Below are positions 45,708 to 59,884 of a stretch of DNA of 64,000 nt, piece by piece. The DNA comes from an uncultured bacterium. GTDB lineage: Bacteria; Margulisbacteria; WOR-1; CAVSGV01. Within the stretch, counting starts at the first letter, position 1. Each line of letters opens with the position of its first letter. Where the stretch lies: contig CAVSGV010000001.1 of the NCBI GenBank assembly GCA_963727815.1, positions 12,055 through 76,054 on the forward strand, in the 5' to 3' direction. The translations under genes were made by a program, and so were the position numbers. The notes under the pieces are model-generated. The model worked only from the letters and a program-made list of their open reading frames with translations, was not told the DNA's origin and did no database searches.

Positions 45708-48506
45708 ATGTTATGCCAGAACTGTAAGAAACGTCAGGCAACAATCCACATAACGCGAATAGTCAACGGAAGGCGCGTGGAGATGCACCTGTGCTCAAAG
45801 TGCGCCGCAGACCTGGGCTTGCTCGGACCCGACATGGGCGGCCTCGGCGATTTCTCCGGCCTGGGTTTCCCGGGCTTCTTCGAATTCCCGGACCTTTTCA
45901 CCCAGTTCTTCAAGAGACGCCCCGCCGACAGGATATATGATTATTTCACGGAGGAAGCCCAGAACGTCATAAAACTGGGAGGGGAAGAGGCTGAAAGGCT
46001 TTCCCAGGACCAGCTCACAACGGAACTTCTTCTCCTGGGATTGATAAAAGAAGAAGGCATGGCCTACAAGGTGCTCGTCGGCCTGAACGTGGACATTGTG
46101 GACCTTTTCGCCAACGTTGAATCCCTCATAGGACGAGGACTGGGAACGCCCGCCGAGATCACTCTCTCTCCGAGGGCAAAAAAGATAATGGAGCTGGCTT
46201 ACAACGCCGCAAGAGAACTGGGCGCCAACTACGTGGGAAGCGAGCACATTCTGCTTGGAATAATCAAGGAAGCGGAAAGCGTCGCCGCCCAGGCGCTCCA
46301 TAAAAGAAAAGTGACTTACGATAAAGTGGTAAAGATGTTACTGGGTCTTCTTAAGGGCGAGGAAACCGAAGGGAAAGCCAAACGTCCCCAGAAACCCGAG
46401 GAACCGGAGGAACCGGAAGAGCCCGGTGAAGGCGGAGAAGAAGGGCCCGAAATGCCTGAAGGAGGGGAAGGTTCTCCTTTCGCGGAGCTTTTCGGCATGC
46501 CGGGAATGGGTGTGGGCGCGCCGCCGCAAAAACCGAAGCCCGCGTTGTCATCTTTCGGCCGCGACCTGACCGAACAGGCGAAGAATGGCAAGCTGGATCC
46601 CGTCATCGACAGGGATAAAGAGATCGAAAGGGTGATAAGGATACTTTCAAGACGCACAAAGAACAATCCCGCGTTGATCGGCGACCCTGGCGTGGGAAAG
46701 ACCGCGATAGTCGAAGGCCTTGCCGAAAGGATAGTTTCGGGCGACGTCCCCGAGATATTGAAAGACAAGAAAGTAATAGCGCTCGACCTGGCCGGGATGA
46801 TAGCCGGGACAAAATACCGCGGCGAATTCGAAGCCCGCGTGAAGAAAATGCTCGACGAAATAATGTCTAAATCAAGGCAGATCATACTTTTCATCGATGA
46901 ACTTCACACTCTGGTGGGAGCCGGCGCTGCCGAAGGCGCTATTGATGCCGCGAATATCCTTAAACCCGCTCTGGCAAAAGGCGACCTTCAGGTCATCGGC
47001 GCAACGACCGTCGATGAATACAGGAAATACATCGAGAAGGATCCGGCGCTTGAGAGAAGGTTCCAGCCTGTCCAGGTTAGCGAACCGGACGTCGATCTTA
47101 CCATCCAGATACTTAAAGGACTCCGAAGCAAATATGAAGAACATCACAAAGTGAAGATATCTGATGAAGCGCTGGACGCCGCGGCAAAGCTTTCAGACAG
47201 GTACATCACCGACAGATATCTGCCTGACAAAGCTATCGACCTTATGGATGAAGCCGCCGCGAAGGTCCGCCTGAAACAGCTTTCCCCGTCAAAAGAACTG
47301 AAGGACCTGCAAAAAGAGCTGGATAAACTGAAAAGAGAACAGGATACTTCCGTGACCGGCAAGAAATTCGAGGCTGCTGCCAAGACAAGAGATAAGATCG
47401 CGGAGCTTGAAGAAAAGATAAAAAAGATGAGCGAAGCATGGAAGAAAGAACGCGGAAAGACCGGATCCGTCATAACGGAGGAAGACATCGCCGAGGTAGT
47501 TTCGGATTGGACGGGCGTTCCTGTCATCAAGCTGACGCAGGCGGAAACGGAGCGTCTAGTCCACATGGAAGAAGCTCTCCACAAGAGGATAATCGGACAG
47601 GAAGACGCGGTGGATTCGATCTCACAGGCGATACGCAGGGGCCGCGCCGGCTTGAAAGCGCCGGAAAGGCCCATCGGCTCGTTCATTTTCGCGGGACCAA
47701 CAGGCGTCGGAAAGACCGAAGTGGCAAGAAGGCTCGCGGAGTTCATGTTCGGAAGCATCGACGCGCTCATCAGACTTGATATGTCCGAGTACATGGAAAA
47801 GCACACCGTTTCAAGATTGATCGGCTCGCCTCCTGGCTATGTGGGCTATGAAGAAGGCGGCCAGTTGACCGAAGCTGTGAGAAGGAAACCTTATTCCGTC
47901 GTTCTTTTTGACGAGATAGAAAAAGCGCATCCCGATGTTTTCAATACTCTTCTCCAGATACTCGAAGATGGAAGGCTGACCGATTCCAAGGGAAGGACAG
48001 TGGATTTCAAGAATTGCGTGATAATAATGACGACGAACCTTGGCTCTCAGTTCCTTTCCGAGGGCGGAGCTCCCGTGGGGTTCACCGCCAAGGCGGACCT
48101 TGATGCTTCCTACAAGAACATTAAGAGCCGCGTTCTGGATGAGATAAAGAAGGAATTCAGGCCGGAGTTCCTCAACAGGATCGACGAGATAATAGTTTTC
48201 CATCCGCTTACCGATGATGAGCTGAAAAAGATAGTCGTTCTTTTGCTTTCCGATCTTGAAAAACAGATCGAGGCCAGAGGCATGACTTTGTCAGTTGATG
48301 ATGCGGTGAAGAGCTCGCTCTTAAAGGAAGGTTACGATCCAAAGTTCGGCGCAAGGCCGCTCAGGAGATCGATACAAAGGATGATAGAGAACCCGCTCTC
48401 AAATGAGATGCTGAAAGGTACTTTCAAAGAGGGCGATGCGATACTTGCCACGGTAAAAGACGGCAATATAGTTTTTGAGAAATCTGAGGGAAAGAAGAAA
48501 ACTTAG
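45708..48506 (+). CDS. clpC: AAA+ chaperone ClpC with an N-terminal McsA-like zinc ribbon
   Basis: MLCQNCKKRQATIHITRIVNGRRVEMHLCSKCAADLG gives a CxxC...CxxC motif. It is followed by two Clp_N repeats and a Glu/Pro-rich insert. There are two Walker A motifs (GDPGVGKT, GPTGVGKT) and a UVR-type motif (KKFEAAAKTRDKIAELEEKI). Confidence 0.92.
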   Translation: MLCQNCKKRQATIHITRIVNGRRVEMHLCSKCAADLGLLGPDMGGLGDFSGLGFPGFFEFPDLFTQFFKRRPADRIYDYFTEEAQNVIKLGGEEAERLSQDQLTTELLLLGLIKEEGMAYKVLVGLNVDIVDLFANVESLIGRGLGTPAEITLSPRAKKIMELAYNAARELGANYVGSEHILLGIIKEAESVAAQALHKRKVTYDKVVKMLLGLLKGEETEGKAKRPQKPEEPEEPEEPGEGGEEGPEMPEGGEGSPFAELFGMPGMGVGAPPQKPKPALSSFGRDLTEQAKNGKLDPVIDRDKEIERVIRILSRRTKNNPALIGDPGVGKTAIVEGLAERIVSGDVPEILKDKKVIALDLAGMIAGTKYRGEFEARVKKMLDEIMSKSRQIILFIDELHTLVGAGAAEGAIDAANILKPALAKGDLQVIGATTVDEYRKYIEKDPALERRFQPVQVSEPDVDLTIQILKGLRSKYEEHHKVKISDEALDAAAKLSDRYITDRYLPDKAIDLMDEAAAKVRLKQLSPSKELKDLQKELDKLKREQDTSVTGKKFEAAAKTRDKIAELEEKIKKMSEAWKKERGKTGSVITEEDIAEVVSDWTGVPVIKLTQAETERLVHMEEALHKRIIGQEDAVDSISQAIRRGRAGLKAPERPIGSFIFAGPTGVGKTEVARRLAEFMFGSIDALIRLDMSEYMEKHTVSRLIGSPPGYVGYEEGGQLTEAVRRKPYSVVLFDEIEKAHPDVFNTLLQILEDGRLTDSKGRTVDFKNCVIIMTTNLGSQFLSEGGAPVGFTAKADLDASYKNIKSRVLDEIKKEFRPEFLNRIDEIIVFHPLTDDELKKIVVLLLSDLEKQIEARGMTLSVDDAVKSSLLKEGYDPKFGARPLRRSIQRMIENPLSNEMLKGTFKEGDAILATVKDGNIVFEKSEGKKKT

Positions 48507-48568
48507 TTGCCAGTTGTCAGTTGCTAGGTGCTAGTATTTTCTGACAACTAGCAACTAGCCCCTAGCAC

Positions 48569-48569
<1 letters not shown>
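48506..48569. terminator. Heptamer-built imperfect palindrome filling the convergent clpC/pyrG spacer
   Basis: GTTGCCA GTTGTCA GTTGCTA GGTGCTA g-tattttc-TGACAAC TAGCAAC TAGCCCC TAGCACC. The arms are about 75% complementary by my pairing. Any terminator role is inferred from position only. Confidence 0.3.
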
Positions 48570-51512
<2,943 letters not shown>

Positions 51513-51525
51513 ACTTATCTCCTAA

Positions 51526-51884
51526 TCATAACAAATGGGGGATGAATATCAAACAGCCGACGATTATAGCACAGACCGCGGAAAAAAGCACGGCCCCGCG
51601 GCGACGTCTTTTGCTATCATCGCGGACCTGCTGTGGGACGGCGAAAGCAGGTTCACCATTTCTTCTATGGCGGTATTGACCATTTCCGACACGAGCACGA
51701 AACAGATGGAAAGTATGACGGCAACTAACTCAAATGACGACAATTTTATATAGACGCCGAAAAGCGCGACGGCTATCGCTACAACGATGTGGATCCTTAT
51801 GTTCCTCTGGGTCTTCAGCGCGTGATTTATCCCGCCGGAAGCGTACTTCAAGCTCTGATAGAATTTTCTAGGCATTTGAGGCAC
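51526..51884 (-). CDS. dgkA: Diacylglycerol/undecaprenol kinase DgkA, frame broken in a G-run near 51594-51597
   Basis: The ORF 51564..51884 ends ...IAKDVAAGPCFFPRSVL*. Shifting one base at GCGGGGCC restores the expected hydrophobic C-terminus AVLFSAVCAIIVGCLIFIPHLL* (stop at 51526). Confidence 0.8.
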
Positions 51885-52254
51885 CTCCTAATATCCTGTC
51901 CTGTCTGTCGAACATCTTCCTGCCGTGATCGAAACCCAGAAGATGGAGCAGTCCGTGAGCGAAAAGTCGCTCTATCTCGGCGGAGAACGAGCTTCCGTAT
52001 TCTTTCGCGTTCTTTCTCGCCTCCGACGGGCAGATCATTATATCACCGAGCATTCTGCCTTCGTTCATGTTGAACGAGAGGACGTCGGTCGGCTTGTCCA
52101 TGCGCCTGTACTTCTTGTTCAACTTCTTCATTTCGCTCTTCGAAACAAAACTCAGGCTAACTATCCAGTTCTTCCTTGAAGCTTTTCCTGAGATCCTCTT
52201 CAATCTTTTCAAATTGATGCGGACTTTCTCGGGATTATTGATTATTAATTCCAT
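51868..52254 (-). CDS. ybeY: rRNA maturation endoribonuclease YbeY
   Basis: 128 aa with the zinc motif HGLLHLLGFDH. Confidence 0.92.
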   Translation of the reverse strand: MELIINNPEKVRINLKRLKRISGKASRKNWIVSLSFVSKSEMKKLNKKYRRMDKPTDVLSFNMNEGRMLGDIMICPSEARKNAKEYGSSFSAEIERLFAHGLLHLLGFDHGRKMFDRQDRILGGASNA

Positions 52255-53506
52255 TTATCTCCCTCAGGCTGCCGCCCAGAGAGTTCAGCTTGCCGATAAG
52301 GTTGTCATAGCCTCTCTCGATGAACCTTTCAACGTCGTCTATCAGCGTTTCGCCTTCCGCCGCCAATCCCGCGAGCACAAGGGCCGCGCCCGCTCTTAGG
52401 TCGTAAGCGCGCACGGGACATCCCGATAGTTTCTTGACCCCTTTTATGATGGCGCTCTGTCCCTCAAGGCGGATATCGGCGCCCATTCTCTTCAACTCGT
52501 GCACGTGCATGAACCTGTTCTCGAAAACGGTCTCGGTGATGACGGATGTTCCGCCCGCCACGCTCATGAGAGCTGCGAACTGCGGCTGAGCGTCGGTGGG
52601 AAAACCCGGATAAGGCATCGTCTTGATATCAGCGGACTTCAGACCGTCCTTCACCTTAAGCTTCATTTGGGAGCCCGAAACGGATATTTCTACTCCGACA
52701 TCCTGCAATTTTCTTATGACAGGCTCAACGTGCTGTTCAATTATCCCGTCGAGGACGATGTCGCCTTTGGTGATCACGCCGGCGATCATCAGCGTGCACG
52801 CTTCGATCCTGTCCGGCATGACCTTGTAGTCCACCGCCTTCAGCTTGCTGACGCCGGAAACTTTTATCGATTCGGTCCCCGCCCCTTCGATGCGCGCGCC
52901 GCATCTGTTGAGAAAAGCGGCGAGGTCGGCTATCTCCGGTTCCTGAGCGGCGTTATCGATGACGCTCTCGCCCTCGGATAAAGTTGCGGCCATCATTATT
53001 GTTTCAGTTGCGCCGACGGAGGGAAAATCGAGGCATATCTTCGCGCCTCTCAACTTGTTCGCTTTCACTATCACGAAGCCGTGCTCCATGCTGACGGTCG
53101 CGCCCAGCGCTTCAAGCCCTTTTATGTGAAGGTCCACGGGACGGCTTCCTATGGCGCATCCTCCCGGAAGCGGCACTTTCGCGAGCCCGGCCCTCGCAAG
53201 GATGGGACCGATGACGAAGAAAGAAGCGCGCATTTTCGTGACCAGCTCGTAGGGCGCAACGTGCTTTACCGTGCCGTTGGTCCAGACCTTGACGGTGTTG
53301 GGCTCGGAATATTCCGCCCGCAGGCCCAGCGAACGCAGCACTCTTATCATCGTGATTATGTCCAGAAGGTTGGGAACGTTCGTGATGGTGGTCTCGCCGT
53401 GAAGAAGGACTGTGGCTGCGAGGATAGGCAGAGCGGCGTTCTTGGAGCCCGATATGGACACCTTTCCGCTCAGTCTTTTTCCTCCGGTAACAAGCGCTTT
53501 TCTCAT
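52235..53506 (-). CDS. murA: UDP-N-acetylglucosamine 1-carboxyvinyltransferase
   Basis: MRKALVTGGKRLSGKVSISGSKNAALPILAA... with the active-site loop LPGGCAIGSRPVDLH. The ATG at 53506 is preferred over 53545. Confidence 0.95.
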   Translation of the reverse strand: MRKALVTGGKRLSGKVSISGSKNAALPILAATVLLHGETTITNVPNLLDIITMIRVLRSLGLRAEYSEPNTVKVWTNGTVKHVAPYELVTKMRASFFVIGPILARAGLAKVPLPGGCAIGSRPVDLHIKGLEALGATVSMEHGFVIVKANKLRGAKICLDFPSVGATETIMMAATLSEGESVIDNAAQEPEIADLAAFLNRCGARIEGAGTESIKVSGVSKLKAVDYKVMPDRIEACTLMIAGVITKGDIVLDGIIEQHVEPVIRKLQDVGVEISVSGSQMKLKVKDGLKSADIKTMPYPGFPTDAQPQFAALMSVAGGTSVITETVFENRFMHVHELKRMGADIRLEGQSAIIKGVKKLSGCPVRAYDLRAGAALVLAGLAAEGETLIDDVERFIERGYDNLIGKLNSLGGSLREINGINNQ

Positions 53507-53510
53507 GATA

Positions 53511-53906
53511 TCATTGCGCTTTCTCCGCGACTTTAAGCCGGACAAGGGCGCGTCTCAGAGCGATCTCCGCCTTCACCATTTCAGATATCTCGGCTTTTTT
53601 GGCAAGATACGCTTCCGCGTTCTCCTTGTCCTTTTTCGCCTTCAGCATGTCTATCTCCACGGCCCTTTCGGCGTCCTCGGTCACTATAGTGACCACATCC
53701 CTAACCACCCTGACGAACCCTCCCATAACGGCGATATATTCCTTCTTTTTGTCCCTCAAGAAATACAGCGGGGCGATCTTAAGCTGGGCAAGAAGAGCGA
53801 TGTGCCCCGGTAATATCCCGAGCGAGCCTTCAGTGCTCTCAAGGCTTACCACGTCAAGCTTCTCTTCTCTTAATACTTTTTGCGGAGTGATTATTTCAAG
53901 GTCCAT
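53511..53906 (-). CDS. atpC: ATP synthase F1 epsilon subunit
   Basis: 131 aa. It is the last gene of the atp operon and has a typical N-terminal beta-sandwich plus helical hairpin sequence. Confidence 0.92.
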   Translation of the reverse strand: MDLEIITPQKVLREEKLDVVSLESTEGSLGILPGHIALLAQLKIAPLYFLRDKKKEYIAVMGGFVRVVRDVVTIVTEDAERAVEIDMLKAKKDKENAEAYLAKKAEISEMVKAEIALRRALVRLKVAEKAQ

Positions 53907-53908
53907 GT

Positions 53909-56138
<2,230 letters not shown>

Positions 56139-56139
<1 letters not shown>

Positions 56140-57647
56140 TATTTGCTCCTGAATATTTTTTTGTACTGTTCCGCCGCTTCTATCAGCCTGGTCTCAGTGG
56201 TCTCGTTTATAAGTTTAAGTTTCCTTATGTCGCTCAACTGTTCGTAATAATGCGTCCGCAGGTGAGAAAGGAAGCCGGCTTCGAATTTCATCACGTCCTC
56301 TTTGTTTATGTCATCCAGATATCCTCTCACGCCGGCAAAGATGACCGCCGCTTCTTCCGCCACTTCCATCGGCGTGTACTGCCCCTGCTTCAGTATCTCC
56401 GCAAGCCTCTCGCCGCGTATGAGCTGGTTCTTCGTCGCCTGGTCAAGTTCGGCTGCGAACTCGGAGAAAGCAAGAAGGTCCCTGTACTGCGCAAGGTCCA
56501 GCCTTAAGCGCGAAGCGACCTGCTTCATCGCCTTTATCTGCGCCGCGCCACCCACCCTTGAGACGGAAAGCCCCGCGTTGATGGCGGGACGCGTGCCCGC
56601 GAAGAAGAGCTCGCTCTCCAGATATATCTGTCCGTCCGTGATGGAGATGACGTTCGTCGGGATATAAGCGGAAATGTCCGCAGCCAGAGTTTCAACTATC
56701 GGCAAAGCGGTAAGCGAACCTCCGCCGAGTTCCTTTGAAAGTTTCGCTGCGCGCTCAAGAAGCCTTGAGTGAAGATAGAATATGTCGCCGGGGAACGCTT
56801 CCCTGCCCGGCGGTCTTCTAAGTAAAAGCGACAGCTGCCGGTATGAGGCCGCGTGCTTTGAGAGGTCGTCGTATATCACAAGCGCATCTTCGCCCTTGTA
56901 CATATAATATTCGCCGATGGCGCATCCCGCGTAAGGCGCGATGTACTGCAGAGCCGGAGGAGCATCGGCAGGCGCCGCAACGATGGTGGTGTATTCCATT
57001 GCTCCCGCGTTCTGGAGGATATCCTGAACAGAAGCGATGGAGGACATCTTCTGGCCGATGGCAACATACACGCATTTAACATTTTCTTTTTTCTGGTTGA
57101 TTATCGTGTCTATGGCAATGGCCGTTTTTCCGGTCTGACGATCGCCGATTATCAGCTCTCTCTGCCCGCGCCCGATCGGGATCATGGAGTCGATCGCCTT
57201 GATGCCGGTCTGAAGCGGCTCGCTTACGGGCTGCCTGTCCACTACCGAAGGCGCGGCCATTTCTATGTTCCTCTTTGCCGAGGCGTTGATCGCGCCTCTG
57301 CCGTCGATGGGTTCGGCAAGCGCGTTCACGACCCTGCCGCAAAGCGCTTCTCCTACCGGAACCTCCACTATGCTGCCGGTTCCCCTGACTTTCTGTCCCT
57401 CGGTGACCGAGCCCGCTTCTCCCATTATCACGCATCCGATGTGGTCTTCCATAAGGTTAAGGACAATGCCTTTCGTCCCGTTTTCAAAGAGCAGTATCTC
57501 GGACATCTTGGCGGAAGGCAGGCCGAAAACGATGGCTATCCCGTCGCCGGAAGAAAGGACCTCCCCCACCTCCTGCTCGTGGACCTTGCCCTGATAGGTC
57601 TCTATCTTTTTTTTGAGCAGTTTGCTTATTTCTTCGTTCTTTGCCAT
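56139..57647 (-). CDS. atpA: ATP synthase F1 alpha subunit
   Basis: 502 aa with Walker A GDRQTGKT and conserved alpha-subunit blocks. Confidence 0.98.
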
Positions 57648-57653
57648 GTTGTC

Positions 57654-58160
57654 TTACACTGCCAGCCTTTCACGCATTTCCGAAAGACGTCCGTTCACCG
57701 TTCCGTCCATCACATTGCCGTCAAATTTTATCAGCATGCCGCCGATCATTTTCCTGTCGATCCTGTATGTGATGTTGACCTTCCTGCCGAATTTTTCTTC
57801 CAGTTTGCCGCCCAGCTCTTTTTTTTCGGCGGCGGTAAGAGCGATACTGGACGTTACTTCCGCCTCGGCTTCGTTCATCTTTTTGTTCAAGAGGTCCATA
57901 AATTCCCTCGAGATGTCATACAGTTCTTTCTCGCGCCTGCTGTCCATTACCATGCTGAGGAAGCTTTTTGTCAGCGGATGACACCCGGAAAAAGCTTCCA
58001 TCTTGTCCTTCTTGGGGACGGCCCTGTTTGAGAGATAATCGCGGACCTTTTTGTCCCTGAGTATCTCTCTTATGTTCTTCATGTCCGCTCTGACAGGTTC
58101 TGTCACGTTATCTTCGATGACCGTGTCAAGCAAAGCCCTGGCGTATTTCCCTGCTGTCAA
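57654..58160 (-). CDS. atpH: ATP synthase F1 delta (OSCP) subunit
   Basis: 168 aa. It sits between atpF and atpA and has an OSCP-like sequence (…IGGMLIKFDGNVMDGTVNGRL…). Confidence 0.85.
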   Translation of the reverse strand: MTAGKYARALLDTVIEDNVTEPVRADMKNIREILRDKKVRDYLSNRAVPKKDKMEAFSGCHPLTKSFLSMVMDSRREKELYDISREFMDLLNKKMNEAEAEVTSSIALTAAEKKELGGKLEEKFGRKVNITYRIDRKMIGGMLIKFDGNVMDGTVNGRLSEMRERLAV

Positions 58161-58161
58161 A

Positions 58162-58641
58162 TCATTCCTCCAATTCCTTGATGAACCCGTCTATCATGGA
58201 CCTCTGGATGCCGCTCGTCATCTTCTTCCTTATTATCTTCTCCGCGACAAGAACGGACAACCTGGCCACGTCCCTTCTTATCGCATTGCCTGCTTCCACT
58301 CTTTTCTGCTTTATTTCTTCTTTGGCGCGCTTCAGATATTCTCCGGCTTCAGCTTTTGCGGCCGCCACGGTTTCAGTCCTTATCTTGCCGGCTGCGGAGT
58401 TCGCGTCATCAACTATCTGTTTTGCCAAAGAGTTCGCCTTGTTGACAACCTGGAGGCCTTCATCGGCGGAAGCTTTCGCCGCGGACATTTTGGCGTCAGC
58501 TTCGGACAGCGTATTTTCCACGTAGGACTTCCTGTCCTGAAGTATCTTCAAGACCGGCTTGTAAAGAAAATAGTTCAGTATGTAGATCAATATCACGAAA
58601 TTGATCACTACCGCTATTAAAGTTGCATTGATGTTTAACAT
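58162..58641 (-). CDS. atpF: ATP synthase Fo b subunit
   Basis: 159 aa with an N-terminal TM helix followed by a long charged helix. Confidence 0.85.
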   Translation of the reverse strand: MLNINATLIAVVINFVILIYILNYFLYKPVLKILQDRKSYVENTLSEADAKMSAAKASADEGLQVVNKANSLAKQIVDDANSAAGKIRTETVAAAKAEAGEYLKRAKEEIKQKRVEAGNAIRRDVARLSVLVAEKIIRKKMTSGIQRSMIDGFIKELEE

Positions 58642-58650
58642 ATTTCTTGT

Positions 58651-58678
58651 GGAACCTGAGGCTTAAAGCCTCGGTTCC
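58651..58678 (-). other. Intra-operon hairpin between atpE and atpF (same family as 37571-37598)
   Basis: GGAACCTGAGGC-ttaa-GCCTCGGTTCC: an 11-bp stem with one bulge, lying immediately downstream of the c-subunit gene. Confidence 0.45.
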
Positions 58679-58712
58679 TATCCACTATTCACTATCCTCT
58701 ATCCACTGTTCT

Positions 58713-58952
58713 CTACTTGAACGGATTCACGAATATCAAAATGATCGCTATGAGCAGAGCGTAAAGCGTCAGCAACTCGATAAAGGACATGCCGATTATG
58801 AGCGCCGTCATGATGGGGCCTCTCGCTTCCGGCTGTCTAGATATTCCCTCCACCGCTTTTCCCGTCGCGAAACCCTGGGCAAGAGCGGAACCGAACGCGG
58901 CGATGGCTACGCCAAGAGCCGCTCCGAGAACTGATATCATCTGTACTGTCAT
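58713..58952 (-). CDS. atpE: ATP synthase Fo c subunit
   Basis: 79 aa forming a two-helix hairpin, with the conserved carboxylate in ...IGMSFIELLTLYALLIA. Confidence 0.93.
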   Translation of the reverse strand: MTVQMISVLGAALGVAIAAFGSALAQGFATGKAVEGISRQPEARGPIMTALIIGMSFIELLTLYALLIAIILIFVNPFK

Positions 58953-59003
58953 GATTCAACCTCCTTTCTCAAACCCTAAGTAAGATACGATCTCTTCAAA
59001 CGG

Positions 59004-59669
59004 TCAATGACCTTCTATTGCCATGGCGATGTAGAACACCGCCAGAAGCATGAATATGTAAGCCTGTATCGCGCCGATAAGAAGGCTGAGCGCAAGTATC
59101 GGTATGGGATAAAACAGGGGCAGCGCGACAAGCCCCGTCAAAATGATCAGGATCGTTTCCTTGCCGAAAATATTGCCGAAAAGCCTTATCGAGAGCGAAA
59201 GCGGCTTCGCGAGCTCCTCTATCACGTTAAGAGGAAAGAAGACCGGGTTCGGCTCGAAGAACCTTTTAAAATATCTGATCGGCCCCTTCTCTATCATCCC
59301 GAAGATCTGCACCAGGCTGATCGTAAGAAGCGCAAGCCCTGCGGTCGTATTCAGGTCCGCGGTGGGGGCTTTTATGTCAAAAGGAAGCACTCCCAGCCAG
59401 TTCGACGTTATTATAAACAAAAAAAGCGTCGCGACAAAGGGGAAATATTTCATCCCCTTCTCCCCCAGTCTTTCGGTGATCATGGTCTTTAATCCTTCAG
59501 CGCCCAGTTCCACGGCGCTCTGGAGAAGGCCGGGTTTCATCTTCAGGGATATCCTTACGGCGACCGCGACGATAATGAGGAAAGCCGTCACGATCCATGC
59601 CGCTATAAGAGTGTCCGAATGGAAAGTGAGCCCGTAAAGGTGCCAGACGGAATGGACCCCGATATTCAA
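59004..59669 (-). CDS. atpB: ATP synthase Fo a subunit
   Basis: 221 aa, polytopic, with the essential Arg block LSLSIRLFGNIF. Confidence 0.93.
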   Translation of the reverse strand: MNIGVHSVWHLYGLTFHSDTLIAAWIVTAFLIIVAVAVRISLKMKPGLLQSAVELGAEGLKTMITERLGEKGMKYFPFVATLFLFIITSNWLGVLPFDIKAPTADLNTTAGLALLTISLVQIFGMIEKGPIRYFKRFFEPNPVFFPLNVIEELAKPLSLSIRLFGNIFGKETILIILTGLVALPLFYPIPILALSLLIGAIQAYIFMLLAVFYIAMAIEGH

Positions 59670-59695
59670 GTTCCCCAGAAAAAGTCCTCCTTACA

Positions 59696-59884
59696 TCACA
59701 TTAAATTCTTAACGGATTTATACATGCTCCATATGCCGGAAAAGATCCCCAAAAAAAGCAGCGCGACAGTGAACGCCGGAAAGGTCTTCAGTCCAGTGTC
59801 GATAAGATCTCCGATCAAAAGCCCCACAACAGCCGGCGCAACAAGCATTATCCCTATATTGATGTATCTCAGGAAATCTGTCAT
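59696..59884 (-). CDS. atpZ: AtpZ/AtpI-like small membrane protein
   Basis: 62 aa with two TM helices (…GIMLVAPAVVGLLIGDLID… / …AFTVALLFLGIFSGIW…). It lies directly upstream of atpB. Confidence 0.6.
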   Translation of the reverse strand: MTDFLRYINIGIMLVAPAVVGLLIGDLIDTGLKTFPAFTVALLFLGIFSGIWSMYKSVKNLM

